The translations under genes were made by a program, and so were the position numbers. From a virus (lineage: Duplodnaviria; Caudoviricetes): a stretch of DNA of 50,295 nt. Below are positions 1 to 8,339 of the stretch, piece after piece. The notes under the pieces are model-generated. The model was not told the origin of the DNA. It made no database searches and saw nothing but the letters and a program-made list of their open reading frames with translations. Every line of letters starts with the position of its first letter. Positions within the stretch are counted from its first letter, which is position 1. The stretch spans positions 1 through 50,295 of IMG/VR virus record IMGVR_UViG_3300042673_002653; one strand, given 5' to 3'.

Positions 1-148
1 GGACGCCGTGGCCGCGCCCTGATCGCCGGACGCCGTGGCCGCGCCCTGATAGCCGGACGCCGTGGCCGCGCCCCGATCGCCGGACGCCGTGGCCGCGCCC
101 TGATAGCCGGACGCCGTGGCCGCGCCCCGATAGCCGGACGCCGTGGCC
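1..148. repeat. 27-bp coding tandem repeat, at least 5.5 copies
   Basis: Unit GGACGCCGTGGCCGCGCCCYGATMGCC at 1, 28, 55, 82 and 109, partial at 136. Confidence 0.97.
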
Positions 149-543
149 AGACCGTTGGCATTCACAGCCACCGGCCCTTCCAGGGTCGCGCGATCCATGA
201 CCCACTTCACGGCCTCCAGCGTCAGGTCGCCGAGGCCGATTTCTTTTCCGACCTTCAGGATTTCACCCGCAACCTTGACCTGGTCGTCGGTGTCAGTGGC
301 GCCGGACAGTTCGACGCGGCAGTACCGGGAGCCAGCGGGCGGATAGTAGGTGAAGACCGAGAGCGGGTGGGCGCTGTCGATGATGGCATGGAAGCCGCCC
401 TGACAGGCTTTGACTTCGCCCTCGTGGGCGTAGGTCTCGCCGACGGCAAACTGGAAACCCCGGCATTTCAGGTTGGCGTCAAACCCCTTGATGGCGTGGG
501 TGACGGCGGGCGTACTGGTGTCAGGCTTCTTGGTGCGCGGCAT
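1..543 (-). CDS. Phage DUF7666-like protein with C-terminal 9-aa repeats (3' end outside window)
   Basis: Hand translation from ATG 543: MPRTKKPDTS...IKGFDANLKCRGFQFAVGETYAHEGEVKACQGGFHA...YYPPAGSRYCRVELSG, then (SGxxGAATA)n. GGGAGG RBS upstream. Not in the ORF track because it runs off the edge. Confidence 0.85.
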   Translation of the reverse strand, partial: MPRTKKPDTSTPAVTHAIKGFDANLKCRGFQFAVGETYAHEGEVKACQGGFHAIIDSAHPLSVFTYYPPAGSRYCRVELSGATDTDDQVKVAGEILKVGKEIGLGDLTLEAVKWVMDRATLEGPVAVNANGLATASGYRGAATASGYQGAATASGDRGAATASGYQGAATASGDQGAATAS

Positions 544-581
544 GGGCCGGGCCTCCCCTCTGATGATCCTGGTGATTGGGT

Positions 582-929
582 TCAGGCCGCGACGGCCATG
601 GGCTCGGTCGGCGGGCTCTTGTCCGTTCCCTCGGCCGCGCGGATGGCACGGACCAGATGCGCGACGTGGATCAGGTCGATGTCGACCAGGTCCGACTGCG
701 GCACGGTCAGCGCGTCTTCGAGGTAGTGGCTGAGGGCGCGGCGGGCCTGCTCCGTCGTCTGGCGCCGTCCGGTGGACAGGGTGACGATCATTCCGTCCTG
801 CACCCCATAGCGGGGCTCGAACGAGGTCAGCCGGGCGAAGACATCACCAACGACGGTCGGCAGGATCGACGACAGAGGCTTGAAACCCCCGGCCGTGATG
901 TCGGGGCGGATGGTGGTGATCGCGTTCAT
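582..929 (-). CDS. Hypothetical early phage protein
   Basis: 115 aa; start overlaps the stop of the upstream ORF; ends AVAA. Confidence 0.7.
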   Translation of the reverse strand: MNAITTIRPDITAGGFKPLSSILPTVVGDVFARLTSFEPRYGVQDGMIVTLSTGRRQTTEQARRALSHYLEDALTVPQSDLVDIDLIHVAHLVRAIRAAEGTDKSPPTEPMAVAA

Positions 930-1258
930 CAGGCAGCGGCCTTCATTTCAGGGGCGGCCAGCCGGGCCAGCGCCGCATCGCACCAGGCGATCCCGTCGCG
1001 GTGTTCGTCGGCACCCTCGCCCTGCCCTGCGGCTTCATACTCGGCCAGCATGCGGACGTGCCAAGCGCGGCGGGTCGTCATGGTCTCGGCGTCCCGCTCT
1101 TCAGCGGTGCGAAGGCGAGCCCATGCGGCCTTGGTCAGAACGTCGTGGTCGGCGTCGCGCGGATAGGTGCGGTCCAGGTGCGAGATGACTTCCCGGGCTG
1201 CAGCGATCTCGGCTTTCACCGGATCGGCGGTCGGGGTCTGGAGGTGGCGAAGCGACAT
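929..1258 (-). CDS. Hypothetical early phage protein, first gene after PL
   Basis: 109 aa; GGAG RBS; ends KAAA. Confidence 0.75.
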   Translation of the reverse strand: MSLRHLQTPTADPVKAEIAAAREVISHLDRTYPRDADHDVLTKAAWARLRTAEERDAETMTTRRAWHVRMLAEYEAAGQGEGADEHRDGIAWCDAALARLAAPEMKAAA

Positions 1259-1282
1259 GCGTTGGTCTCCGTGTGTGAGAAG

Positions 1283-1333
1283 ACCTTACGGCGGGTAAGA
1301 TTGGCACGCAAGTAAAATCTTACGCATCGTAAG
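1283..1333 (-). promoter_or_regulatory. PL promoter with two repressor operators (OL)
   Basis: Minus strand TTGCGT-17bp-TAAGGT (1311-1283); palindromes CTTAC-GGCGG-GTAAG (1285-1299) and CTTAC-GCATC-GTAAG (1319-1333). Confidence 0.8.
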
Positions 1334-1425
1334 ACATCACACGTCAGTTTCGGACGTGGGGCGGCTCGGGCGGACTCGACTCGCAGCGCGCGAGCGGGAA
1401 TCAGTCGTTAACTTTTGGAGGCAGG

Positions 1426-1770
1426 ATGCCCGTCGTACTGTATTGCGTTGAAGCCACGTGGCGCTGCGGTGAGCAGACTGTGCGGACCCACGTGGTGCAG
1501 ACGGTCGACCGCGCCGAGGCGCTTCGCGCGGGCCGGGACATGGCACGCGGCAATCAGGTTACGCGGGTCCTCGAAGCAACCGGCGACAGCCTTACAGGTG
1601 TCTGGTCGGAACGCGTGATCGCGGAGTTCGAAGAGACCGGCCCGAGCGAAGGGGGGACGGCCTACTTCAAGATCGAGTGCCGGGAGGATGGAGACGTCTG
1701 GAGCCAGGTGCACCCTGAGGAGGGATACAGCGTCACTGCGGCCGAACCATGGGACGCAGACGCCGCCTAG
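1426..1770 (+). CDS. Hypothetical protein (immunity-region moron)
   Basis: 114 aa with GGAGG RBS. Confidence 0.65.
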   Translation: MPVVLYCVEATWRCGEQTVRTHVVQTVDRAEALRAGRDMARGNQVTRVLEATGDSLTGVWSERVIAEFEETGPSEGGTAYFKIECREDGDVWSQVHPEEGYSVTAAEPWDADAA

Positions 1771-1849
1771 ACTCCCGGCGGGATTGTCGGCTAGCGTCGC
1801 CTTTCCCCGCACAATGGCGGGGGATGCCAAAAGCCTAGGGGGGCTTCCT

Positions 1850-2260
1850 ATGACCATCCGCAACACCGTGGCGCTCTGCGCCGCGTCCGCCATGCTGTTC
1901 GCCACGACCGCCTGCACCACGACCGAGAAGGTCAACGTGATGCAGCCTGGCGACCAGGCCATGACCTGCACCCAGCTCCGCGCCGAGTTCGCCAAGCTGG
2001 ATGAGATCAAGGCCGATGGTCAGAGCGACCAAGGCGTCAACGGCGCCAACGTCGCGGCCGTCCTGTTCTTCTGGCCCGCCGCCGTCGGCAACTACATGTC
2101 GGCTCGCGACGCCCTAGCGGTCGCCGAGCGCCGTCACACCCACCTGATGACGATCTACAACGGCAAGAACTGCGACAACCCGGCAAACGCCGACCTGACG
2201 GTCATGGTGCCGTCGAGCCTGCTGGGTCCCATCGAGCGCAGCGCCGCTGGCATGCACTGA
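1850..2260 (+). CDS. Putative lipoprotein
   Basis: Signal peptide with lipobox-like MTIRNTVALCAASAMLFATTA-C; high-GC codon usage; followed by a terminator. Confidence 0.8.
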   Translation: MTIRNTVALCAASAMLFATTACTTTEKVNVMQPGDQAMTCTQLRAEFAKLDEIKADGQSDQGVNGANVAAVLFFWPAAVGNYMSARDALAVAERRHTHLMTIYNGKNCDNPANADLTVMVPSSLLGPIERSAAGMH

Positions 2261-2284
2261 GCCTACGACGCCGCTGAAACGACA

Positions 2285-2312
2285 AACGCCGGCTCCTCAC
2301 GGGGCCGGCGTT
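2285..2312. terminator. Hairpin terminator between convergent genes
   Basis: AACGCCGGCTCC-TCAC-GGGGCCGGCGTT. Confidence 0.75.
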
Positions 2313-2333
2313 CTGGCGTCTGTCGTTTCGGGC

Positions 2334-2564
2334 CTAGCGGCGGAACAGTTTCTCATCCAAACCCGACTGCCGGATCATCGACTTGAGAGTTCCCGGTTTG
2401 CAGGTGTCCGAGGGCCGGTGACCGGCGACGATCACCACCCGCATGACCCCGCCGACGGACCCCCGGTAAATCTTGTGGCTCCCAGCACCTTGCCGGTCTT
2501 GGATGAAGCCGTGTGCCAGGATGATCGCGACGAACTGCTGGAACGTGCAGTTTAGGCGGGGCAA
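2334..2564 (-). CDS. hicA: HicA-family mRNA interferase toxin
   Basis: Probable TTG start; LAHGF...GAGSHKIY...IVAGH...KPGTLKSMIRQSGL matches the HicA pattern with catalytic GSH. Confidence 0.85.
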   Translation of the reverse strand: MPRLNCTFQQFVAIILAHGFIQDRQGAGSHKIYRGSVGGVMRVVIVAGHRPSDTCKPGTLKSMIRQSGLDEKLFRR

Positions 2565-2890
2565 GGAAGGTCGAAACCTGCCTGCAGGGAGACGGGACGC
2601 TCCTCCCGACCCTGAGAAACTCGCTGGTGAGTAGGCGGCAGCAGCAGGTGAACCGTGAGGCGCAGGGCCCACATGGCACGGACGTGGAACGGCGACCGAC
2701 GGCTAAGAAGCTGGCGGCACACCGCGGGCTCCTCTTGGAGCGCAGCCTCGATGTAGGCTTTTACCGCTTCCATCAGAACGGTACGAGCGTTCTCGAAGGT
2801 GTCCGCCTCGACGGCGATATCCAGATCAACGCAGATGGCTTCCCACCCACGTTCATCGCTGCGCGCAAAGCAGCGCAAGGTCTTAAACAT
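2552..2890 (-). CDS. hicB: HicB-like antitoxin
   Basis: WEAICVDLDIAVEADTFENARTVLMEAVKAYIE, partial RNase H fold of HicB; overlaps the hicA start. Confidence 0.75.
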   Translation of the reverse strand: MFKTLRCFARSDERGWEAICVDLDIAVEADTFENARTVLMEAVKAYIEAALQEEPAVCRQLLSRRSPFHVRAMWALRLTVHLLLPPTHQRVSQGREERPVSLQAGFDLPCPA

Positions 2891-3068
2891 CTGCGTCCTC
2901 CTGCCGGCGAGCAAATTTCGAGAGCCCTGCCGAACGCACTTTCACCCTGTGGGTGACACAAGAAGGTGTCAACGCTGGGGCGGTTGCAAATGGACACTGT
3001 TTGCAACGAAGCGTTTCAGTTCGTTGCGCACAAAGCGCGAACTGGTGACCTCCCCAGTATGAGAGGGG

Positions 3069-3506
3069 TCACCGTCGCAGCGGCTCGCCGCGCATCAGGC
3101 CTTCCTTCTGCGCGAACATGAGCTGGCGCAGGTTGACGTCCGCGGGGCACTGGAAGAATGCCTCGAACTGAATGGCGCCGGTGCCGAGCTGCTGTGCGGG
3201 CTGCGCACTGCAGCCGACGGGCGCGAGGAACCGGGAGACGGCAGCGTCGACGTTCCGGACGTCAGGGCGGTTGTATTCCGCCATGCCAAACGTCGCTCCC
3301 TCGACTGCCCCCTGGCCGGCGGCCGAGCCTACCGTCTGCACAATCAGCAGAGACGGGTCAGTCGGGTGCGACCAGACGTTCATCTTGCGGCCGTTGCCGA
3401 TGTCGATCTGTGCTTGGGCGTTGTTGGTGCCGTAGCTAAGCAGGCGCCCTGTCGATGCGCAGCCGGTCAACGCTACGCACAAAAGGGCGAGCGAAAGTGC
3501 TTTCAT
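3069..3506 (-). CDS. Putative lipoprotein (possible superinfection exclusion)
   Basis: MKALSLALLCVALTG-C lipobox; GAGGAG RBS; downstream in the cI operon. Confidence 0.8.
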   Translation of the reverse strand: MKALSLALLCVALTGCASTGRLLSYGTNNAQAQIDIGNGRKMNVWSHPTDPSLLIVQTVGSAAGQGAVEGATFGMAEYNRPDVRNVDAAVSRFLAPVGCSAQPAQQLGTGAIQFEAFFQCPADVNLRQLMFAQKEGLMRGEPLRR

Positions 3507-3517
3507 CGGATCGCTCC

Positions 3518-3964
3518 TCATTGGCTCAGCGGCCGGACCATGATCGCGAGCTGGGCGTCAGCGTTGCGGTCGCCCTCGTCGAGATGGCTGATCAGTCCCG
3601 AATGCTCCTGCGCCAAGCGGCGGCACCGGGCCTTCACTCTTTCGACGACGGCCGTAGCCTGGGCGACGAACTCGGCGTCGGTCGCGGCGTCCGGGATGTC
3701 CTGCAGAGCGGCCTCGGCAAGTTCTGACGCCGTGCCAGCCTGGATTGCCGACTGGACAACACTCGCCGACCATCCGCTGGCCTCGGCGTCCTCACCAAAG
3801 GTCTGGGCCCAGTGCGCCCCGGTCTGTTCGTAGACCCGGTAGCCGAAGGATTTACACATGCCCATCGCGGCGGCGGCCCGTCCGATCCGCTCGCCTTCCT
3901 CGATCACCTCGTCCTGCGTGTAGTCTTGGGCCAGTAAGGCGCCAGCGAGGATCAGGGCGATCAT
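3518..3964 (-). CDS. Putative exported protein
   Basis: N-terminal MIALILAGALLAQD signal-like segment; ATGA overlap with the cI stop. Confidence 0.75.
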   Translation of the reverse strand: MIALILAGALLAQDYTQDEVIEEGERIGRAAAAMGMCKSFGYRVYEQTGAHWAQTFGEDAEASGWSASVVQSAIQAGTASELAEAALQDIPDAATDAEFVAQATAVVERVKARCRRLAQEHSGLISHLDEGDRNADAQLAIMVRPLSQ

Positions 3965-4332
3965 GCTGCTACCGACTTGAGCAAAGCTTCGACGGCGTTG
4001 GCCAAATCGTCCTGGCGGTCTTCGGGAAACGCTGACATCGCGCGAATGACCCGCTCCTGAGGCGGATTGGCCGGCCTGTCGAAAGGCGTCCCCTCACCGG
4101 TCAGAAGCCATGACCAGCTGACCCTAAACTTACGCCCAAACTGGATCGCACGTTGCGGATCATTCAGCCGGGTGGTCTTCGACGCTGAGGGATCCCGCTC
4201 GTATGCCGAGTAGGTGTTCTCGCCCATTTTCAATGATTGGGCAGCGGCTCGCATAGTGTCAAAGCCGGCCGCCTCGCGGGCCCACTTCACCCTCTGCCAG
4301 TCTTCGGCAGCCTCTGACCATCTCGTGTCCAT
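3961..4332 (-). CDS. CI-like repressor (XRE HTH, no S24 peptidase domain)
   Basis: RVKWAREAAGF...TYSAYER...VSWSWLLTGEG; divergent from the cro-like gene; ATG 7 nt after a TAAGAT -10 box (alternative start 4341). Confidence 0.85.
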   Translation of the reverse strand: MDTRWSEAAEDWQRVKWAREAAGFDTMRAAAQSLKMGENTYSAYERDPSASKTTRLNDPQRAIQFGRKFRVSWSWLLTGEGTPFDRPANPPQERVIRAMSAFPEDRQDDLANAVEALLKSVAA

Positions 4333-4339
4333 AGCGGCC

Positions 4340-4407
4340 ATCTTACCGGCCGTAATCTTACCAAGTGTGAGATTGACGTTGCAGCGCGATCTTACTTGCG
4401 GTAAGGC
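4340..4407. promoter_or_regulatory. OR region: three operators with PR and PRM
   Basis: CTTAC-N5-GTAAT (4342-4356), CTTAC-N5-GTGAG (4357-4371), CTTAC-N5-GTAAG (4391-4405). PR is TTGCAG-17-TAAGGC (4379-4407); PRM -10 is TAAGAT (4345-4340). Confidence 0.8.
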
Positions 4408-4413
4408 TTCGCC

Positions 4414-4656
4414 ATGACTGAGACCGTTCGCACCTTCATCGACAAGCTGGATGGCAATGGAGCCGTGGCGAAGGCCACTGGGTATACCGAAGGGGCAGTC
4501 GCTCTGTGGGTTCACCGCAACCGGCTCCCCCGGAACGCTTGGCCCGAGCTGATGAAGGCGTTCTCGCACGTCACGCTGGACAGCTTGCTCGCGCTCGAAG
4601 CTTCGACCGCCGCCCCCGCCAACGACACCCTCCCCCAATCAGAGGCGGCGGCATGA
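4414..4656 (+). CDS. Cro-like HTH regulator
   Basis: FIDKLDGNGAVAKATGYTEGAVALWVHRNRLP, Cro-type; divergent from cI. Confidence 0.85.
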   Translation: MTETVRTFIDKLDGNGAVAKATGYTEGAVALWVHRNRLPRNAWPELMKAFSHVTLDSLLALEASTAAPANDTLPQSEAAA

Positions 4657-5156
4657 CCCATCGCATCGACATTGGGCGTGGCATGGCCGCTCTCATCGAC
4701 GACGCCGACGTCGCCCTGATCGGGGAGCGCCGCTGGCACGCTCGACCCGCGAAATCGAAGACGGGCGTCCAGATCGGCTGGTACGTCCAGCGGCACGATG
4801 CCGGCGGCACGACCTATCTGCACCGAGTGATCATGGGCGCTGGCCCTGGCCAACTGGTCGATCACATCGATGGCGACGGACTGAACAACACCCGCGCGAA
4901 CCTCCGCATCTGCACCCGCGCCCAGAACAACGCCAATCGCGTCTGCGCCAAGGGCTCGTCTGGCTATCGCGGCGTTCATCCTGAGCCCCGCAATGGCCGC
5001 TGGTATGCGCGGATCGAGGTCAATGGTCGCCCTCGCTCGCTCGGATGCTTCGCCACTCCCGAAGAAGCAGCACGAGCCTATGACGCCGGCGCTCTGGCCG
5101 CTCATGGCGAATTCGCACGGCTGAATTTCCCTAACGAACATCAGAGGGCGGCCTGA
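4653..5156 (+). CDS. HNH endonuclease with AP2 domain
   Basis: LHRVIM...VDHIDGDGLNNTRANLR, then SSGYRGV...WYARI...LGCFATPEEAARAYD...HGEFARLNFP. Confidence 0.92.
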   Translation: MTHRIDIGRGMAALIDDADVALIGERRWHARPAKSKTGVQIGWYVQRHDAGGTTYLHRVIMGAGPGQLVDHIDGDGLNNTRANLRICTRAQNNANRVCAKGSSGYRGVHPEPRNGRWYARIEVNGRPRSLGCFATPEEAARAYDAGALAAHGEFARLNFPNEHQRAA

Positions 5157-5158
5157 CC

Positions 5159-5494
5159 ATGTGCGACTTCGCTCCTGGGGATGAGGTGGTGTGCGTCCGG
5201 GGCGGGCTCGGCTCGTTCCCCGGCATCGGCTGGGTCTGCCTTGCCGAAGGCGCGACCTACACAATCGCCGCCGTTTGGCAGAAAGGCGAGATCGGTGAAA
5301 CTGGCCTCCCGTGCGGGACCGCCATGGTGCAACTTGTCGAGTTCGGCTCGCTCCGCGCCGGTCCGAACGACAGTCGCTGCGGGTTCGCCGCCGACCGCTT
5401 CCACAAGGTTGAGCGGCCCGCGCTCGGCGCTTGGCTCTCCACCGAGAACACCATTGAGGAGCCCAAGCGCGCCCCGGTTCGGGAGCCCGTCTGA
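5159..5494 (+). CDS. Hypothetical phage protein
   Basis: 111 aa; FAPGDEVVCV N-terminus typical of small phage proteins. Confidence 0.7.
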   Translation: MCDFAPGDEVVCVRGGLGSFPGIGWVCLAEGATYTIAAVWQKGEIGETGLPCGTAMVQLVEFGSLRAGPNDSRCGFAADRFHKVERPALGAWLSTENTIEEPKRAPVREPV

Positions 5495-5604
5495 GATGCC
5501 CCTCTCCCCTAGGCGACGCCCTCTCCCCCCCCTCCAGGGTGTCGCTCGCGCAGGCCGGGGAGCCGACGTCTCGGCCTGCGCACCTTCGATCATGGGAGGC
5601 GCCT

Positions 5605-5916
5605 GTGCTTCCCGCTGAGCGCGCTGCGATCTTCAACGCTCGCGCCGCCTTCGCCTGCATTGGTCACATCGAGAAGGCGTTCGTTGACGGCAACGAGGCG
5701 GGGGCGCGGGAAGCGCTGAGCCAACTGGCCGTCGTGGTGACCCCGGCAATCCCGGTCCTCGACGCCATCTTGGCCGCCCATTTCGAGACCGCACAGGCTC
5801 GTGATCTCACGGAGCTCACCCTGTCCCGGTTCTTCCCCCGCGTGGCCGAGCCACAACCTGACGCCGCGAACGATCACGTCTCGCCTCCTGAACAACCCAC
5901 CCCGTCTGTCGCCTGA
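5605..5916 (+). CDS. Hypothetical phage protein
   Basis: GTG start after GGGAGG; ends AANDHVSPPEQPTPSVA. Confidence 0.65.
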   Translation: MLPAERAAIFNARAAFACIGHIEKAFVDGNEAGAREALSQLAVVVTPAIPVLDAILAAHFETAQARDLTELTLSRFFPRVAEPQPDAANDHVSPPEQPTPSVA

Positions 5917-5954
5917 GCGCGGCTGCCGGTCACCCAAAGAAGGCCCGAGAACAA

Positions 5955-6416
5955 ATGGGACACGAGCACCGCACCACCATAAGCCCGCGTGAGCATGCGC
6001 GTCTGGCCGGGGATCTGATCGACGCTTGCGGAGGGCTTGCCGAAGCATCCCGAGCCTGCCGGGTCAGCGAGGGCGTCCTCTCGACCTACCAGAACCCCAA
6101 CCGGCCGGAGTGCAACATGCCGGCGGACGTGATGTCCGACCTAGAGAAGCACTGCGGGAAGCCGATCTATTCCGGTTTCATCCGTCGCAACCTCGGTCTG
6201 ACGGTCGAGCCGGGCAACCTGCGAGACCTGGGCTGCCTCCTTACCGAAGAGGGCGCCGACTTCCAGGCCTTCATCCGCCGAGCCCTCGCTGATGGCGTCC
6301 TATCAGCCAACGAGATCGACACCGCGCGCCAAGAGCTGGCCGCGGCCGAGAACGTGCTGGCTCGCTGCCGTGCGTCTCTGGACGCTGCTGAGCTGTCGCT
6401 GCCGCGCGCCGCCTGA
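5955..6416 (+). CDS. CII-like phage regulatory protein
   Basis: DLIDACGG...LSTYQNPNRPECNMPADV...ALADGVLSANE; position after cro. Confidence 0.6.
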   Translation: MGHEHRTTISPREHARLAGDLIDACGGLAEASRACRVSEGVLSTYQNPNRPECNMPADVMSDLEKHCGKPIYSGFIRRNLGLTVEPGNLRDLGCLLTEEGADFQAFIRRALADGVLSANEIDTARQELAAAENVLARCRASLDAAELSLPRAA

Positions 6417-6469
6417 CGACCACCAACGGGACCGACCGGCCCGTTGACCGGTCGAAACAGGAGGGCCAG

Positions 6470-7126
6470 ATGGCCAAGACACTGAAAGCCGTGAACGACG
6501 ACGAATACCCCGCCGAGCAGGGGACCATCGGCAGCATCCCGAACGAGCCGTCCAACGGCCTGCCCAGCCATGACGAAATCCGCATGGCGGCGCACGAACA
6601 GATCCAGTGGAACCTGAAGCGCAAGGCCCTGAACGATCAGATCAGCGCCTTCCGCAAGGGCCTGAAGGCCAAGGGCCACATCCTGGGCGCGCTCGACGAC
6701 GAGGTGAAAAAGCTCGACTGGACGCCGGAGGAATACAAGGCCGCCCGCGCCGCCACCGACCACTACGCCGAGGCGATGGCTCAGCCCGTCGGCACCCAGC
6801 TGGAGCTCTACGGCACCGAGGCCACGCCGGACCCGGTTCGCATTCAGTTGAAGTGGCGCCAGCTGGGCGTGAAGCACGGCATCGCCGGCGTCGGCTGGGC
6901 GAACGAACCGCCTAAGGACTGCCCCTTCGACTGCGCTCAGTCCTATGGCGAGGGCCACGAGGAAGGCCAGGCCACCGTCCGCCGGTCGTTCGAACTGCGG
7001 TTGGCCCAGAACGCTGCTGCGGCCGCGAATGACCCGGCCGCCGAGGAAGACGAGCAGGTCGACCTGGAGGAGGTCATCGCCAACGACGACAGCGACGACA
7101 GCGAACACCAGCAGAGCGCCGCCTGA
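6470..7126 (+). CDS. Phage protein with GapR/DUF2312-like helical domain and RMF-like C-terminal motif
   Basis: AGGAGG RBS; domain resemblance by eye only. Confidence 0.55.
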   Translation: MAKTLKAVNDDEYPAEQGTIGSIPNEPSNGLPSHDEIRMAAHEQIQWNLKRKALNDQISAFRKGLKAKGHILGALDDEVKKLDWTPEEYKAARAATDHYAEAMAQPVGTQLELYGTEATPDPVRIQLKWRQLGVKHGIAGVGWANEPPKDCPFDCAQSYGEGHEEGQATVRRSFELRLAQNAAAAANDPAAEEDEQVDLEEVIANDDSDDSEHQQSAA

Positions 7127-7581
7127 TGTCGGGGCTGGCCTTCACCATCCCCGGCGAGCCTCGCGGTAAAGGCCGGCCCCGCGCCACCGTGTTCAAGGGC
7201 GGGGGCAACGTCCCCGCCCGGGCGCGGATGTATTCGGACTCGAAGACCGTCAGCTACGAGAACCTCGTGAAGCTGGCGGCTTCGCACGCTCTGGGTGACA
7301 GAGATCCGTTGGACGTTCCGCTGACGGTCATCGTCACCGCCCGCATGGTCCCGGCCGCGTCCAGTAGCGCCAAGAAGCGCGCCGCGATGCTTGCTGGAGA
7401 GATCGCCCCGACCAAGCTCCCCGACCTCGACAACGTCGTGAAGGCCGTCCTCGACGGCTGCAACAAGGTCGCCTTCCGAGACGACGCCCTCGTGGTCAGC
7501 CTGATCGCTCGCAAGCGCTACGCCGAGGTCGCGGGCGTCGACGTCGAAATCTCCCCCACCATTCTCCCGAGGGCAGCATGA
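7126..7581 (+). CDS. rusA: RusA-family Holliday junction resolvase
   Basis: FTIPGEPRGKGRPR...PTKLPDLDNVVKAVLDGCNKVAFRDDALV. Confidence 0.92.
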   Translation: MSGLAFTIPGEPRGKGRPRATVFKGGGNVPARARMYSDSKTVSYENLVKLAASHALGDRDPLDVPLTVIVTARMVPAASSSAKKRAAMLAGEIAPTKLPDLDNVVKAVLDGCNKVAFRDDALVVSLIARKRYAEVAGVDVEISPTILPRAA

Positions 7582-8339
7582 CCCACCCCCAATCCGCCGA
7601 AATGGATGCCGAGTTCACCCGCCTCTGGAAGAAGGGGACCCCGCTCGCCACGATCCAAGCCCTCCTCGCCATTGGCCAGGATCGGGCCAAGGCTATCCGA
7701 GTCCGGCTCGACCTCCCGGCTCGGGTGCAGGGCTGGACGCCGGAACAGGACGCGCTGGCGCTGAAGCTCCGTGCCCAAGGCATGGGCGGGACGGAGATCG
7801 GTCAGGCGGTCGGCAAGTCTCGGTATTCTGTGGTCGGCCGTCTCTGGCGTCTCAGCGGTGGCAAGGAAGCGCCGCCGAAGCCGAAGGCTCCGAAGGCTCC
7901 GAAGGTGGCGCGCTCGCATGTTCGCCCCCCAAAGCCCGGCCCACAGAACAAGCCCGGCGCGGTCTTTGGCGTCCTGTCGCAGTCCAAGTCCGATGCTACG
8001 CCTGAGAGACGGGCGGAGAAAGCGGCCGAGGGTCAGAAGATCATCGCCCGCGCTGAGCAGACGGCGGTCGAGAGCCCCAACGCTCGCTCCTTCCTCAAGA
8101 CGGGTCTGCACGACTGCCGCTGGCCCATCGGGGAAGGCCTGTCGATGCTGTCCTGCTGCAATCGGGTCCAGCGCGGCTCCTACTGCGCCGGACACGCTCG
8201 CCTCGCCTACGCGACCCAGGAACCGCCGGAGCCGCGCCGCATCTTGCGCGCCGCGTCCAGCCTGACCCGGCACGACCGGGTGTCCACGCCCAAACCCAAG
8301 GCCGCCAACGATGACAGGCTCTGGGATCAGGTCGCATGA
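7578..8339 (+). CDS. gcrA: GcrA-family cell-cycle regulator homolog
   Basis: WTPEQDALALKLRAQGMGGTEIGQAVGKSRYSVVGRLWRL HTH and C-terminal CRWPIGE...CC...SYCAGHARLAY. Confidence 0.85.
   Translation: MTHPQSAEMDAEFTRLWKKGTPLATIQALLAIGQDRAKAIRVRLDLPARVQGWTPEQDALALKLRAQGMGGTEIGQAVGKSRYSVVGRLWRLSGGKEAPPKPKAPKAPKVARSHVRPPKPGPQNKPGAVFGVLSQSKSDATPERRAEKAAEGQKIIARAEQTAVESPNARSFLKTGLHDCRWPIGEGLSMLSCCNRVQRGSYCAGHARLAYATQEPPEPRRILRAASSLTRHDRVSTPKPKAANDDRLWDQVA

Noticed and set aside
1-148. Tandem repeat as a CRISPR array
   Set aside because: No spacers; the repeat is in frame inside a CDS; no cas genes
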